Of a stretch of DNA of 64,000 nucleotides, positions 40,721-50,455 are shown in pieces. Within the stretch, counting starts at the first letter, position 1, and each line of letters opens with the position of its first letter. This stretch comes from Vicinamibacterales bacterium (GTDB lineage Bacteria > Acidobacteriota > Vicinamibacteria > Vicinamibacterales > UBA8438). The stretch spans positions 3,904,848-3,968,847 of the forward strand of contig OZ220718.1 in NCBI GenBank assembly GCA_965116765.1, in the 5' to 3' direction. The notes beneath the pieces are model-generated. The model did not search any database, had not been told where the DNA came from, and saw only the letters and a list, made by a program, of their open reading frames with translations. The position numbers and the translations under genes were made by a program.

Positions 40721-41116
40721 TCAGGGTACCGCCACGAGATCGGTGTGCGTGAAGTCGTCTCCCTTGAACAGGAGGGGCGATCCCGTCGCCTTCGCCAGCG
40801 CATAGGAGAAGCAGTCGCCCAGGTTGAGCTTCGCCTTCCCCCCGCGACCCTTCCCGTACCTGTCGTAGGCATCGATGGCGAGCTCGGCGTGCTCCTCGGT
40901 CACGCTTTCCACCTGGAACCTGCCTTCCTGGAGGAGCGTGCGAACCTTGTCCGCCCCTTCCCGGCCGTGCCGCCCCAGCATGACGATGCCGGTCTCAGCA
41001 ACGGTGGCGGCCGAGACGAGCGCGGGGTCGGCGTCGGCGACGGCCGCCGCGAAACGCCCGGCGTCGGCCTCGCCCCGCAGGATCGCGACGAGCGCAGATG
41101 TATCCACGACGATCAT
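40721..41116 (-). CDS. vapC: VapC-type PIN toxin
   Basis: MIVVDTSALVAIL...LNLGDCFSYALAKATGSPLLFKGDDF. Confidence 0.9.
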   Translation of the reverse strand: MIVVDTSALVAILRGEADAGRFAAAVADADPALVSAATVAETGIVMLGRHGREGADKVRTLLQEGRFQVESVTEEHAELAIDAYDRYGKGRGGKAKLNLGDCFSYALAKATGSPLLFKGDDFTHTDLVAVP

Positions 41117-41364
41117 CGCGGCAGGCCCCGTTCGTCGTACAGCATGTCTTCCGGGGTCCGCTCGTCCAGCACGGGCAGCGCCGCGCATTCGCGGCCGATC
41201 TGCAGAAGCCGGTCCACCCTCTGCGCTCGATTGCTTGCCCTCGCCAGCCGATCGAGGCGCTCGGTCACGGCCCGGTCGACGGCCTGCGTCATCGTCTCGC
41301 CCGCCAGACCGGCCAGCTCGCGGACGCGCCGGTGTGTTTCCTCGTTCTTGATGTTCAGGCTCAC
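41113..41364 (-). CDS. vapB: VapB-type antitoxin
   Basis: The GTG start is preceded by AAGGGG. SLNIKNEETHRRVRELAGLAGETMTQAV is the FitA/VapB-like pattern. There is an ATGA overlap with vapC. Confidence 0.8.
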   Translation of the reverse strand: MSLNIKNEETHRRVRELAGLAGETMTQAVDRAVTERLDRLARASNRAQRVDRLLQIGRECAALPVLDERTPEDMLYDERGLPR

Positions 41365-41532
41365 GCTGACCCCTTGGGTAGAAATCAGCCTGCATTCTAC
41401 CACGCGGTTGACCCGCCGCCGACGGACGACCGCGCGTGCGCGTGGCCGCCGTTGTTCAGGCGGGAAACGCTCCGGCGGTGTCGTTCGAAGCGTTGACCGG
41501 GCCCGCGGACATGCGCAAGTGGGCTCGGCGTG

Positions 41533-44081
41533 TCATTCCACGCGGAGGGCCTGCATGGGGTCGATGCGGGTGGCGCGGCGGCCCGGCAGCCAGCAGGCGG
41601 CGAGTCCCGCCGCGACCAGCACGAGGGGGGCGGCGGCGAAGGTCAGCCCGTCGCTGGCGGCGATGCCGAAGAGGAAGCGCTCGAGGACGCGGGCCGACGC
41701 GGCGGCCGCGAGCAGGCCGAGGGCGGCGCCCGCGGCGACGAGCGCGCCGCCCTGCCGGACGACGAGGGCCAGGATGTCGGCGCGCCGGGCGCCGAGGGCC
41801 ATGCGGACGCCGATCTCGCGGCGCCGCTCGGAGACGGTGTAGCTGAGCAGGCCGTAGACGCCGAACGCGGCGAGGAAGAGGGCGAGGGCCGCGAAGGACC
41901 CGACGAAGACGGCGTAGAAGCGCGGCTGCGCGACCGCCGCCGACAGCCGGTCCGCCATCGTCATCACGCTGCCGAGCGCCGCGCGCGGGTGGGCCTCGGT
42001 CACCGCCTCGGCGAGGAAGGGGACGACGGCCAGCGGATCGCCGGCGGTCCGGACCGCGATCATCGGGAGCGCGACGGCGCCGCCCATCCCCGCCGCCTCG
42101 GCCTGATCGAGGGGAATGAACGCCTCGGCCTGCGACTCCTCGATGGCGAGCCCGCGGTACTTGACGTCGGCCACGACGCCCACCACTTCCGCCGGTTCGG
42201 CCGCCTGGGCGAACAGCACCCGCTCGCCCACCGCCCGCCCGGCGCCGAAGAGCTGCCGCGCGAGGGTCTCGTTGACGACGACGACGGGGGGCCGTCGGCG
42301 CGGTCGAGGCGCGTCAGGAGGCGGCCGGCGCGGAGGCGCAGGCGCATCGCCTCGAGGTACCCGGGGCTGACGAGCTGCACCTGCGCCTGGGGGATGTCGG
42401 CGGGGTTGCTCGCCACCGGGCGGCCGGCCACGCGGAACTGCACGCGCACCTGCGCGGCGTCGGTGACCGCAAGGGGGACGCGCGACGTCACCCCCACCGC
42501 CTCGACGTCCGGCAGCCGCTCGAGCCCCGTCACCGCCTCGACCAGCGCGTCCTGGAAGCGCTGGTTCGCGGCCCGGGCCTCGGCCATCTCCGCGGGGGTC
42601 ATCCCGGCCGGCCGCAGGCGGAAGTCGGGGTTTCGGGTGACGGCGGTGACGACGTTCGCCGCATCGTAGCCGCGGTCGGCGGTCACGAGCCCCACGAAGC
42701 TGCGCAGGAGCAGCCCCGCCCCGACGAGCAGCACGAGCGCGAGGGCGACCTGCCCCGTCGCCAGGGCCGCGCGGACACGGTTCGAGCGCAGCAGCCGGAA
42801 GCCGCCGGCCGACTGCCCGCTCCCCTCGTTGAGGGTGCGCACGAGGTGGAGCCGCGACCACTGCAGGGCGGGGGCGGCCCCGAACAGCAGCCCGACCGCC
42901 ACCGACAGCCCGAGGTTGAACGCGAGGGCGACGCCGTCGACGGCCACCTGGTCGAGCCGCGCGATGTTGCCGGGCACGAGGGCCGGCACCGCGCGCACGA
43001 CGCCGGCCGCCGCCGCCAGCCCGAGCGCGCCGCCGAGCAGGCCGAGCACCACGCTCTCGGTCAGGAGCTGCCGCACGAGCCGGCCGCGGCCGGCGCCGAG
43101 GGCCGCGCTCACGGCCAGCGCGCGCCGGCGCGTCACCCCGCGCGCGAGCAGCAGGCCGGCGACGTTGCTGCACGCGATGAGCAGCACGAGCAGGGTGGCC
43201 CCGGTCAGGGCCAGCAGGGCCGGCCGGTAGCCGCCGACCATCTGCTCGAGCAGGGGGACCACCCGGGCCTCGACGGCGGGCGCGCCGTCGGCGGGCCGGT
43301 TCGCGCCGCCGGCCCGCGCGGCCAGGAACCCGTCGTCGCGCTGCAGGATGGCGCCGGCCTCGGTGGCCGCCTGCGTGGGCGACACCCCCGGGGCGAGCCG
43401 TCCGAGGGCGCTGAAGGCGACCACCGAGACCGTGAACCGCCCCGAGGGATCGAGGGTCGGCGGGGTGAACGGCGGCACCACGAACGGCATCCAGAACTCG
43501 CCGTCCGGGTTGGGGAAGTAGAACCCCTCGGGGAGCACGCCGACCACCGTGTAGGGGTCGCCGCCGAGGTCGACGGCGGCGCCGACGACGTCGGGGTCGG
43601 CCGCGAAGCGGTTGGTCCAGGCGCGGTGGCTGAGCAGCACCACCCGGTCGGCCCCGGCCCGGCCCTCCTCCTCGGTGAAGAGGCGGCCCAGGTGCGGCGC
43701 CGCCCGCAGCAGCGGGAAGAGCGACGGCGACACCCGCGCGCCGCGCAGGGTGACGGCGCCGTCGGGGCCGGCCCAGTCGACCGCGGCGGCCCGGTAGGCG
43801 GCGAGCTGCTCGAACGACCGGGCGTCTTCCTGCAGCAGGGCCATCGATCGGTTCGAGAGAAACGCGCCCCGGCCGCGTCCCCCGAACGACTCGCCGACGC
43901 GCACGATCGTCCCGGCGTCCGGCCAGGGCAGCGGCCGCAGCAGGATGCCGTAGACGATGCTGAACATGGCGGTGTTGGCGCCGATGCCCAGCGCGAGGGT
44001 CGCGACCGCGGTGAGGGTGAACGCGCGCTGCCGCGCGAGCTGGCGAAGGGCGTAGCGGAGGTCGCGAAAGAGAGTGTCCAT
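41533..44081 (-). pseudogene. ADOP-type duplicated MacB/FtsX permease, reading frame broken at a G6 run
   Basis: The N-terminal part (MDTLFRDLRYALRQLARQRAFTLTAVATLALGIGANTAMFS...) is in ORF 42060..44144. The C-terminal part (VVVNETLARQLFG...RATRIDPMQALRVE) is in ORF 41533..43173. The junction is at GGGGGG 42286-42291. Confidence 0.8.
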
Positions 44082-44156
44082 GACGCCCGGCCTCTTCGTG
44101 GCGACGTCGAAGTCACGCGGCCCGGCCCCCGCGGCGAAACGCACCGGGGCCCGCCG

Positions 44157-44398
44157 TCAATCGCCGGTCTCGTCCTCGAACGCGAGCACGAGGTCCTGCA
44201 GCCGCTCGATCTCCGTCTGCGCGGCGTGCAGAGTCGCCCGGCGCTCCTGCAACGTCGGCGGCGACCAGCCTTCGCCGTCAGTCGCCGGCCTCGCCCTCGA
44301 GCGCGAGCACGAGGTCCTGCAGCCGCTCGATCTCCATCTGCGCGGCATGCAGAATCGCCCGGCGCTCCTGCAGCGTCGGCGACGACCAGCCCTCGCCG
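44157..44398 (-). repeat. 121-bp tandem direct duplication (2 copies) covering the 3' two-thirds of the small ORF
   Basis: 44157-44277 and 44278-44398 align end to end with about a dozen mismatches. Each copy carries its own stop codon. Confidence 0.85.
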
Positions 44399-44469
44399 TC
44401 CAGCTCGACCCGGCCGTCGTGGTCGTAATCGACGAGCACCGCGTCCATCGTCTCTATGTAGAGGCGCAT
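44278..44469 (-). CDS. 63-aa hypothetical protein upstream of the permease
   Basis: MRLYIETMDAVLVDYDHDGRVELDGEGWSSPTLQERRAILHAAQMEIERLQDLVLALEGEAGD. Coding-like, with a helical C-terminus. Confidence 0.5.
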   Translation of the reverse strand: MRLYIETMDAVLVDYDHDGRVELDGEGWSSPTLQERRAILHAAQMEIERLQDLVLALEGEAGD

Positions 44470-44528
44470 CTCTCGACCGCTCCCTCACCGCACACGCCGG
44501 GGCGGCGCCGCCGCTTCCCGGCCCGGGC

Positions 44529-44912
44529 TCACATGCCCGCCGCCGTCGAGGCGCGCTGCGCGTCGTCGACGCCGACCACGACCGCGGTCATGTCGTGATC
44601 GGCGAGGGCCGACGCGAAGGCGTAGTCGATGTTGACGGCGGCGGCGCTCAGCATGCGGGCGGCCGAGGCCAGCGCGCCGGGGCCGTTGGGCACCGTGACG
44701 TACAGCACTTCCCGCTCGCCGACCGCGTAGTCGCGCCCGCGCAGCAGCCCGGCCGCGTGGACCGGATTGTCGGGGACGAGGTGCAGGACACCGGAGGCGT
44801 CGAGGCTCAGGGCGAGGATGTTGACCTTCTCGTCGCGCAGGGCCTGGCACAGCCGCGCCAGCGCCCCGGGGGAGTTCTCCAGCCGCAGGGTGAGCTCGGT
44901 ACGAATCGCCAT
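44529..44912 (-). CDS. ACT domain-containing protein (two ACT-like repeats)
   Basis: MAIRTELTLRLENSPGALARLCQALRDEKVNILAL...VTVPNGPGALASAARMLSAAAVNIDY. Confidence 0.75.
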   Translation of the reverse strand: MAIRTELTLRLENSPGALARLCQALRDEKVNILALSLDASGVLHLVPDNPVHAAGLLRGRDYAVGEREVLYVTVPNGPGALASAARMLSAAAVNIDYAFASALADHDMTAVVVGVDDAQRASTAAGM

Positions 44913-45142
44913 GCCCGGGAGCATATCACCGCGATCGCGGCCCACGGGCCGTGGCCGCGCGGCCCGGCCCGGAGCGCCGCGACCGGCCTCGCGGGCCGCC
45001 CCGACGCCCTGCCGCGACGACCACGTCGACCGGCCGTCGGGGCGCATGGGGGTCGACCGGCGGTGCATCCGGCCGGGCACGACCCGGCCCGCGGGTGCCC
45101 GGCGCCATTCGGTTATAAGATGGGGCGTGGGGTGAACCAGCC

Positions 45143-47905
45143 ATGAACTCCTGTCGACTGCTCGGCGCGGCGGCGCTCCTGCTTCTGCTCTCGCATCCGG
45201 GCGGCGCCCAACCGCTCGACGACGACGCAGGAGCGCCCGCCGGCTACCAACCGCTCGTCGAGGCGCTGGAGGCGGCGATGCTGTCCGGCGATCCCGGCGC
45301 CTACGCCGCCCTGGCGTCACCGGCCGCCGACCGCGACGCCACGGCGCAGTTCGCGCGAGAGCACGTGCGGCCCGGCGTCGACCGGGTCACCGCGACGCCC
45401 CGTTTCGAGACCCCGCTCGACGGCCGCGCCGAGGGCGACGGCTTTCGGGTGATGGTCGAGCTGTTCCTCGAGTCGGGCCCGCGCGGCCGGCTCGAGACCT
45501 GGCAGCTCGACGTGGTGCGGGAGGACGCGGGCCGGGGATGGCGCATCCTCGACCAGGACGCCGTCGACTCGATCGACAGCCTGCGCCACCTGCGCATCAC
45601 CCCCACCACGCAGTACGCCGCCGACGACCTGGTCGTCAGGGCCGAGGACCTGACCCTGACGCTCGCCGAGGGTTCCGCGTTCGTGGCGGAGACCGAGAAC
45701 GGGGTCACCGGCCTCGTTCTCCTCGGCGACGGGGTCATGCGCTTCGCGCCGCAGCCGGAGGCGGAGCGCGGGCAGGTGGAGATCTTCAGCGGACGCGAGG
45801 CGCTGGAGGCGGAGTTCGAGACGGCCTTCGTGCGGCTGCACCCCGACGCGTTCCGGTCCCGGGTGTCGACCGGCGCGTTGCGGGCGCGCGAGGTCGACCG
45901 GGGCACCCTGCGCGACGCCGAGGCGGTGCTCGACGAGTTCGTCGCGTTGTCGTTCACCCTCGACCTCTCGGACATCAGCGACCGCGTCTGGTCCCTCCCG
46001 CCGGGGCGCGGCGATCTTCTCGCCGAGATCCGCACCGAGGACCACGGCACCCTGACCTACATCCAGTCGGTCCGGCAGCCGGAAGACATCTCGCTGTTCG
46101 AGCGGGAAACCAACCGCATCATCTCGTTGTACCCGTCGGCCCGGAAGCGGGCGACCCGGGGACGCTACTTCGGGGACGACGACTCGGTGTCGCTCGACAT
46201 CCTCGACTACGAGATCAGCGCGTCGTTCGAGCCCCTGGGCTTCACCCAGCAGCGGCTGCGGGCGAGGCGCGAGTTCGTCGAGTGCCGCATCGTGGGCACC
46301 ACCCGCCTCGCGGCGCGGGTGAAGGGACTGCCGATCACGTCGTTCAGCCTGCGCCTGGCCGACGAGCTCGCGGTGCGCTCGGTCACCTCGAACGAGTTCG
46401 GCCCCCTGCTCTTCTTCCGGATGAACGGGCAGAACAACCTCGTGGTCAACCTGCCCGAGGAGGTCGGCGGCGGCACCGAGTTCACGGTGACGGTGACCTA
46501 CGAGGGCGATCTCGCGACGCAGGAGCTCGACGAGAACTGGATCGGGAGGCAGCGCGTCCTCCTCGAGCTCGAGCCGTTGTTCGGCCTCGGAGAGCCCCGC
46601 TACGTCTACAGCAACCGCAGCTACTGGTATCCGCAGTCGCTGGTCACCGACTACGCCACGGCGACCATCGATCTGTCGGTCCCGCCGGGGTGGGGCGTCG
46701 TGGCGAGCGGCGCCCCGGCCGGCACCAACCCGCCGCTGGCGGACGGCGGTGCGGACGGCGGGCCCCGCGAGTTCTCGTTCACGGCCCTCCAGCCCGCGCG
46801 CTACCTGTCGGCGGTCATCTCCAGGTTCGACGATCACCCCTCGCCGGTTCGGCAGGTCCGCCTCGACGACTCCGCGCCCCGGCCGGCGTCCGCGCAGGCC
46901 GAGGGGGGGGTCTTCTACGGCACCCTCGCGATCAGCGCCCACGGCACGCCGCGGAGCGCGGGCGACATCGACGAGACGGCCGAGCGCGCCGCGGACATCG
47001 CCGCCTTCTACGCGTCGGTCCTCGGAGACATCCCGTACCCGTCGATGGCGGTGGCCCTGACCGACAGCCGCCTGCCCGGCGGGCACAGCCCCGCCTACTT
47101 CGCCCTGATGAACCACGAGCTGCCCCGGCAGCCGGGCACCGTCGTCACCTGGCAGACCGATCCGGCGGTCTTCACCGGCTTCCCGCCCTTCTTTCTCGCC
47201 CACGAGATCGCGCACCAGTGGTGGGGACAGGCGGTCGGCTGGAAGAACTACCACGAGCAGTGGCTGAGCGAGGGGCTGGCGCAGTACTTCGCGGCCCTCT
47301 ACGCCGAGCACGACGAGGGGCCGGAGGTCTTCCAGGACATCATCGAGCGGATGCGGAGCTGGGCGATGCGGCACTCCGACGAGGGGCCGGTCTATCTCGG
47401 CTACCGCCTCGGCCACCTCGAGCGCGAGCCGCGGATCTTCCGGGCCCTGGTCTACAACAAGGGCGCGATGGTGCTGCACATGCTGCGCCGGCTGGTGGGA
47501 GACGACGCCTTCTTCGCGGGGCTGCGCCGCTTCTACCACGAGTGGCGCTTCCGGAAGGCGGGCACCGACGCGCTGCAGCTGGCGTTCGAGATCGAGGCGG
47601 GGCGATCGCTGAGCCGTTTCTTCGACCGGTGGATCCACGAGGCGGCCCTGCCGGACGTGCGGTTCTCGTCGCGTACCGAGAGGACGGGGAGCGGCGAAGA
47701 GGTGGTGCTGCGTTTCGAGCAGCGGAGCGAGCGGCTCTTCGAGCTGCCGGTCACCGTGACGGTGCAGTACCGGTCGGGCGAGGAGCAATCGGTGGTGGTT
47801 CCCGTGAGCGAGCGCGTGACCGAGCACCGCTTGCCGGCGCGGGGTCGCGTGCGCCGCGTGTCGGTGAACCGCGACCGCATGGCGCTGGCGAACATCGACC
47901 AGTAG
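45143..47905 (+). CDS. M1-family zinc metallopeptidase (aminopeptidase N-like), secreted
   Basis: A signal peptide is present. HEIAHQWWG...WLSEGLAQYF is the HEXXH-18-E motif. Confidence 0.9.
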   Translation: MNSCRLLGAAALLLLLSHPGGAQPLDDDAGAPAGYQPLVEALEAAMLSGDPGAYAALASPAADRDATAQFAREHVRPGVDRVTATPRFETPLDGRAEGDGFRVMVELFLESGPRGRLETWQLDVVREDAGRGWRILDQDAVDSIDSLRHLRITPTTQYAADDLVVRAEDLTLTLAEGSAFVAETENGVTGLVLLGDGVMRFAPQPEAERGQVEIFSGREALEAEFETAFVRLHPDAFRSRVSTGALRAREVDRGTLRDAEAVLDEFVALSFTLDLSDISDRVWSLPPGRGDLLAEIRTEDHGTLTYIQSVRQPEDISLFERETNRIISLYPSARKRATRGRYFGDDDSVSLDILDYEISASFEPLGFTQQRLRARREFVECRIVGTTRLAARVKGLPITSFSLRLADELAVRSVTSNEFGPLLFFRMNGQNNLVVNLPEEVGGGTEFTVTVTYEGDLATQELDENWIGRQRVLLELEPLFGLGEPRYVYSNRSYWYPQSLVTDYATATIDLSVPPGWGVVASGAPAGTNPPLADGGADGGPREFSFTALQPARYLSAVISRFDDHPSPVRQVRLDDSAPRPASAQAEGGVFYGTLAISAHGTPRSAGDIDETAERAADIAAFYASVLGDIPYPSMAVALTDSRLPGGHSPAYFALMNHELPRQPGTVVTWQTDPAVFTGFPPFFLAHEIAHQWWGQAVGWKNYHEQWLSEGLAQYFAALYAEHDEGPEVFQDIIERMRSWAMRHSDEGPVYLGYRLGHLEREPRIFRALVYNKGAMVLHMLRRLVGDDAFFAGLRRFYHEWRFRKAGTDALQLAFEIEAGRSLSRFFDRWIHEAALPDVRFSSRTERTGSGEEVVLRFEQRSERLFELPVTVTVQYRSGEEQSVVVPVSERVTEHRLPARGRVRRVSVNRDRMALANIDQ

Positions 47906-47958
47906 GCGGCCTGCGCGGCTCCGAGGCGCCGCCCGGCCACGCGAGGCGCGGACGCCGG

Positions 47959-48058
47959 GTCAGGGGGCCGCGCCGCGGAGCCCGCGGCCCCCTCGAGGGC
48001 TGGCTGCGCGCCCCGGCGGAGCCGTCGGGGCGACGATGGGCGGGCGGGGTCGCTCGCG
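47959..48058 (+). repeat. copy of the dispersed structured repeat, with a 10-bp GC hairpin (47963-47992) that could also act as the peptidase terminator
   Basis: GGGGGCCGCG-10 nt-CGCGGCCCCC, then ...GCGCGCCCCGGCGGAGCCGTCGGGGCGACGATGGGCGGGCGGGG. Confidence 0.6.
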
Positions 48059-48164
48059 CCCCGATCGACGGACGCCGGACCGGGGCGGTTTCCGGCCGGG
48101 CGACCGGCCGCGCCGTCCACGGCGATATGATTACGGTGCGCCCCCGGGCGCATGGGAGGCAACC

Positions 48165-49931
48165 TTGAGCTCGACAACCTCGTTCCGCGGCTGGACCGGG
48201 CCCGTGCTGACGCTGATTCTCTCGGGGCTGGCGACGTCCGGCCTCGCCCAGCCGCCCCAGGTGCTGATAGACCCGGTCGCCGAGACCGATGCGGTCCACC
48301 CGGACAGCACGGCCCGGGTGGGCCTCGACATCGCCCTCGACCCGGGCTATCACGTCAACTCCGACGCGCCCCTGGACGATCTCCTGATTCCGACGGTGCT
48401 GAGGCTCGATCCGCCCGAGGGGTTCACCCTCGAGGGGGTGGCCTTCCCCGAGGCGATCCTGCTCGAGCAGGTCGGCGTGGACGAACCCCTCGCGGTGTTC
48501 GAGGAAGAGTTCACGATCGGGGCGGCGTTGCGCGTCGACGCGTCCGTGGCCCCCGGCGCCTACACGGTGCCCGGCACGCTGCGCTACCAGGCGTGCAACG
48601 ACCGGATGTGCTTCAACCCCGTGAACGCCTCCGTCGACTTCGCGGTGGAGGTGGCGCCGGACAGCCGGCCGCTGACGACGGTGCGGCCGGACCTGTTCGC
48701 CGGCCTGACCATGGCCGACCCCGGCGGCGACGCGCCGGCGACGCCGCCGGCGGCGCCCGCCCCGGTCCTCGACGACCTGTCGGTGATGGCCGACCTCGAG
48801 GACTTCGAGGTGCTCGGCAGCACCGGGGGGTACCTCGGCACCGAGGCGTTCCTCGATTTCATGGCGGCCTCGGAGTCGGGCGAGGGCGAGCGCGGCTGGT
48901 TCGAGGGCCGCGGGCCGCTGGCGATCCTGCTGCTGATACTCGTCGGCGGCCTCGCCCTGAACCTGACCCCCTGCGTGCTGCCGATGATCCCCATCAACCT
49001 CGCCATCATCGGCGCCGGCGCCAGGGCCGGCTCGCGCCTGCGGGGATTCGCCCTCGGCGGCGCCTACGGCGCGGCGATGGCCCTCGTCTACGGGGGCCTC
49101 GGCCTCGCCGTCATCCTGACCGCCGGGTCGTTCGGCACCATCAACTCGTCGCCGTGGTTCAACGTCGGGATCGCGGCCCTCTTCGTCGTCCTCGGGCTCG
49201 CGATGTTCGACGTCCTCGCCATCGACTTCTCGCGGCTGCAGTCGCGGTTCGCGGGCGGGGGCAACCGGGCCGGGTCGTTCCTGGTCGCGTTCGGCATGGG
49301 CGCGGTCGCCGCCCTGCTCGCGGGCGCGTGCGTGGCGCCGGTGGTCATCCAGGTCATCGTGTTCTCGAGCAACCTCTACGGCACCGGCACCACCATCGCC
49401 CTCGCGCTGCCGTTCGTCCTCGGCATCGGCATGGCCCTGCCGTGGCCCGTCGCGGGGGCGGGGCTCTCGTGGATGCCGAAGCCGGGGGCCTGGATGGTCC
49501 ACGTCAAGCACGCCTTCGGCGTGTTCATCCTCGGCACCGCGGTGTACTACGGCTACGTCGGCTACGGGTTGTTCGCGCAGCGCTGGGTCGACCCCGACGA
49601 GGTCGCGAGCAGCGTCCAGGCGCTGCTGGAGGAGGGCTGGCATGCCTCGCTCGGCCAGGGGCTGGCCACGGCGAAGGCCGAGGACAAGCTGGTGCTCGTC
49701 GACATGTGGGCCACGTGGTGCAAGAACTGCCTCACCATGGACCGCACCACCCTCAAGGCCCCGGAGGTCGAGGCCGGGCTCGAGGACTACGTGAAGGTGA
49801 AGTTCCAGGCGGAGGATCTCGACGCCTCGCCCGCCGGGGACGTGCTGAGGCACCTCGACGGCATCGGCCTGCCCACGTACGCGATTCTGCGGCCCCGGCC
49901 TGACGCCCGGACCGCCGATGCCGGCGACTAG
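48165..49931 (+). CDS. dsbD: DsbD-like thiol:disulfide interchange protein (N-terminal domain, CcdA-type membrane core, C-terminal thioredoxin)
   Basis: GGGAGG lies 6 nt before TTG 48165. YQACNDRMCF, LTPCVLPMIP and WATWCKNC are present. Confidence 0.8.
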   Translation: MSSTTSFRGWTGPVLTLILSGLATSGLAQPPQVLIDPVAETDAVHPDSTARVGLDIALDPGYHVNSDAPLDDLLIPTVLRLDPPEGFTLEGVAFPEAILLEQVGVDEPLAVFEEEFTIGAALRVDASVAPGAYTVPGTLRYQACNDRMCFNPVNASVDFAVEVAPDSRPLTTVRPDLFAGLTMADPGGDAPATPPAAPAPVLDDLSVMADLEDFEVLGSTGGYLGTEAFLDFMAASESGEGERGWFEGRGPLAILLLILVGGLALNLTPCVLPMIPINLAIIGAGARAGSRLRGFALGGAYGAAMALVYGGLGLAVILTAGSFGTINSSPWFNVGIAALFVVLGLAMFDVLAIDFSRLQSRFAGGGNRAGSFLVAFGMGAVAALLAGACVAPVVIQVIVFSSNLYGTGTTIALALPFVLGIGMALPWPVAGAGLSWMPKPGAWMVHVKHAFGVFILGTAVYYGYVGYGLFAQRWVDPDEVASSVQALLEEGWHASLGQGLATAKAEDKLVLVDMWATWCKNCLTMDRTTLKAPEVEAGLEDYVKVKFQAEDLDASPAGDVLRHLDGIGLPTYAILRPRPDARTADAGD

Positions 49932-50012
49932 GGGTCTGCGCCGTAGAACGGTGCAGATTCCTGGCAGGGTTGGTTGGGCGCCCAGCGGAGCCGCAGGCGA
50001 CGATGGGCGGGC
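49931..50012 (+). repeat. copy of the dispersed structured repeat
   Basis: GGGGTCTGCGCCGTAGAACGGTGCAGATTCCTGGCAGGGTTGGTTGGGCGCCCAGCGGAGCCGCAGGCGACGATGGGCGGGC begins at the dsbD stop codon. Confidence 0.75.
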
Positions 50013-50032
50013 TAGCGAGAAGGGACAGGACC

Positions 50033-50434
50033 GTGATTGAACGCCTTCGGAGCCTGCTGCTCGTCGCGGTCCCGGTGCTGGCGGCGTGCGCCATGCAGCC
50101 GGGCGAGGTCAACCTCGTGAGCTCCTTCGGGGAGCAGATCGCGGCGGTCGACGGTGTCACCGACTTCGAGCACGACGGCGACGAGATCACCTTCATGGGC
50201 CCGGACGGCCGGGACGGGATCGCCGCGTGGCGGATACGGATCGAGTCGACCGAGCTGGTCGAGAACGACGGGCGGCCGCTCGAGGGTCACGTGGTGTCGT
50301 CCTGGTATCGGGACGGAGAGCTGGTCGAGATGATGGGCTCGATGTACACGCTCCCCGAGGCGTTCTTCGACACGGGCCTCGCGCAGGAGTGCTACGCGCT
50401 CTGGGACGAGGCGTCGAACGCCTGGGACTGGTAG
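50033..50434 (+). CDS. small lipoprotein, hypothetical
   Basis: GTG 50033. The lipobox is LLLVAVPVLAAC. The earlier part of track ORF 49970..50434 is encoded by the repeat element. Confidence 0.55.
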   Translation: MIERLRSLLLVAVPVLAACAMQPGEVNLVSSFGEQIAAVDGVTDFEHDGDEITFMGPDGRDGIAAWRIRIESTELVENDGRPLEGHVVSSWYRDGELVEMMGSMYTLPEAFFDTGLAQECYALWDEASNAWDW

Positions 50435-50455
50435 CCGGCCCGCCGCGACCGCGGA

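Noticed and set aside
49970-50032. N-terminal extension of the lipoprotein ORF (MVGRPAEPQATMGG...) and similar short ORFs in 57.4-57.6 kb
   Set aside because: These peptides are encoded by the dispersed repeat itself (CGACGATGGGCGGG supplies the ATG) and recur wherever the repeat occurs.
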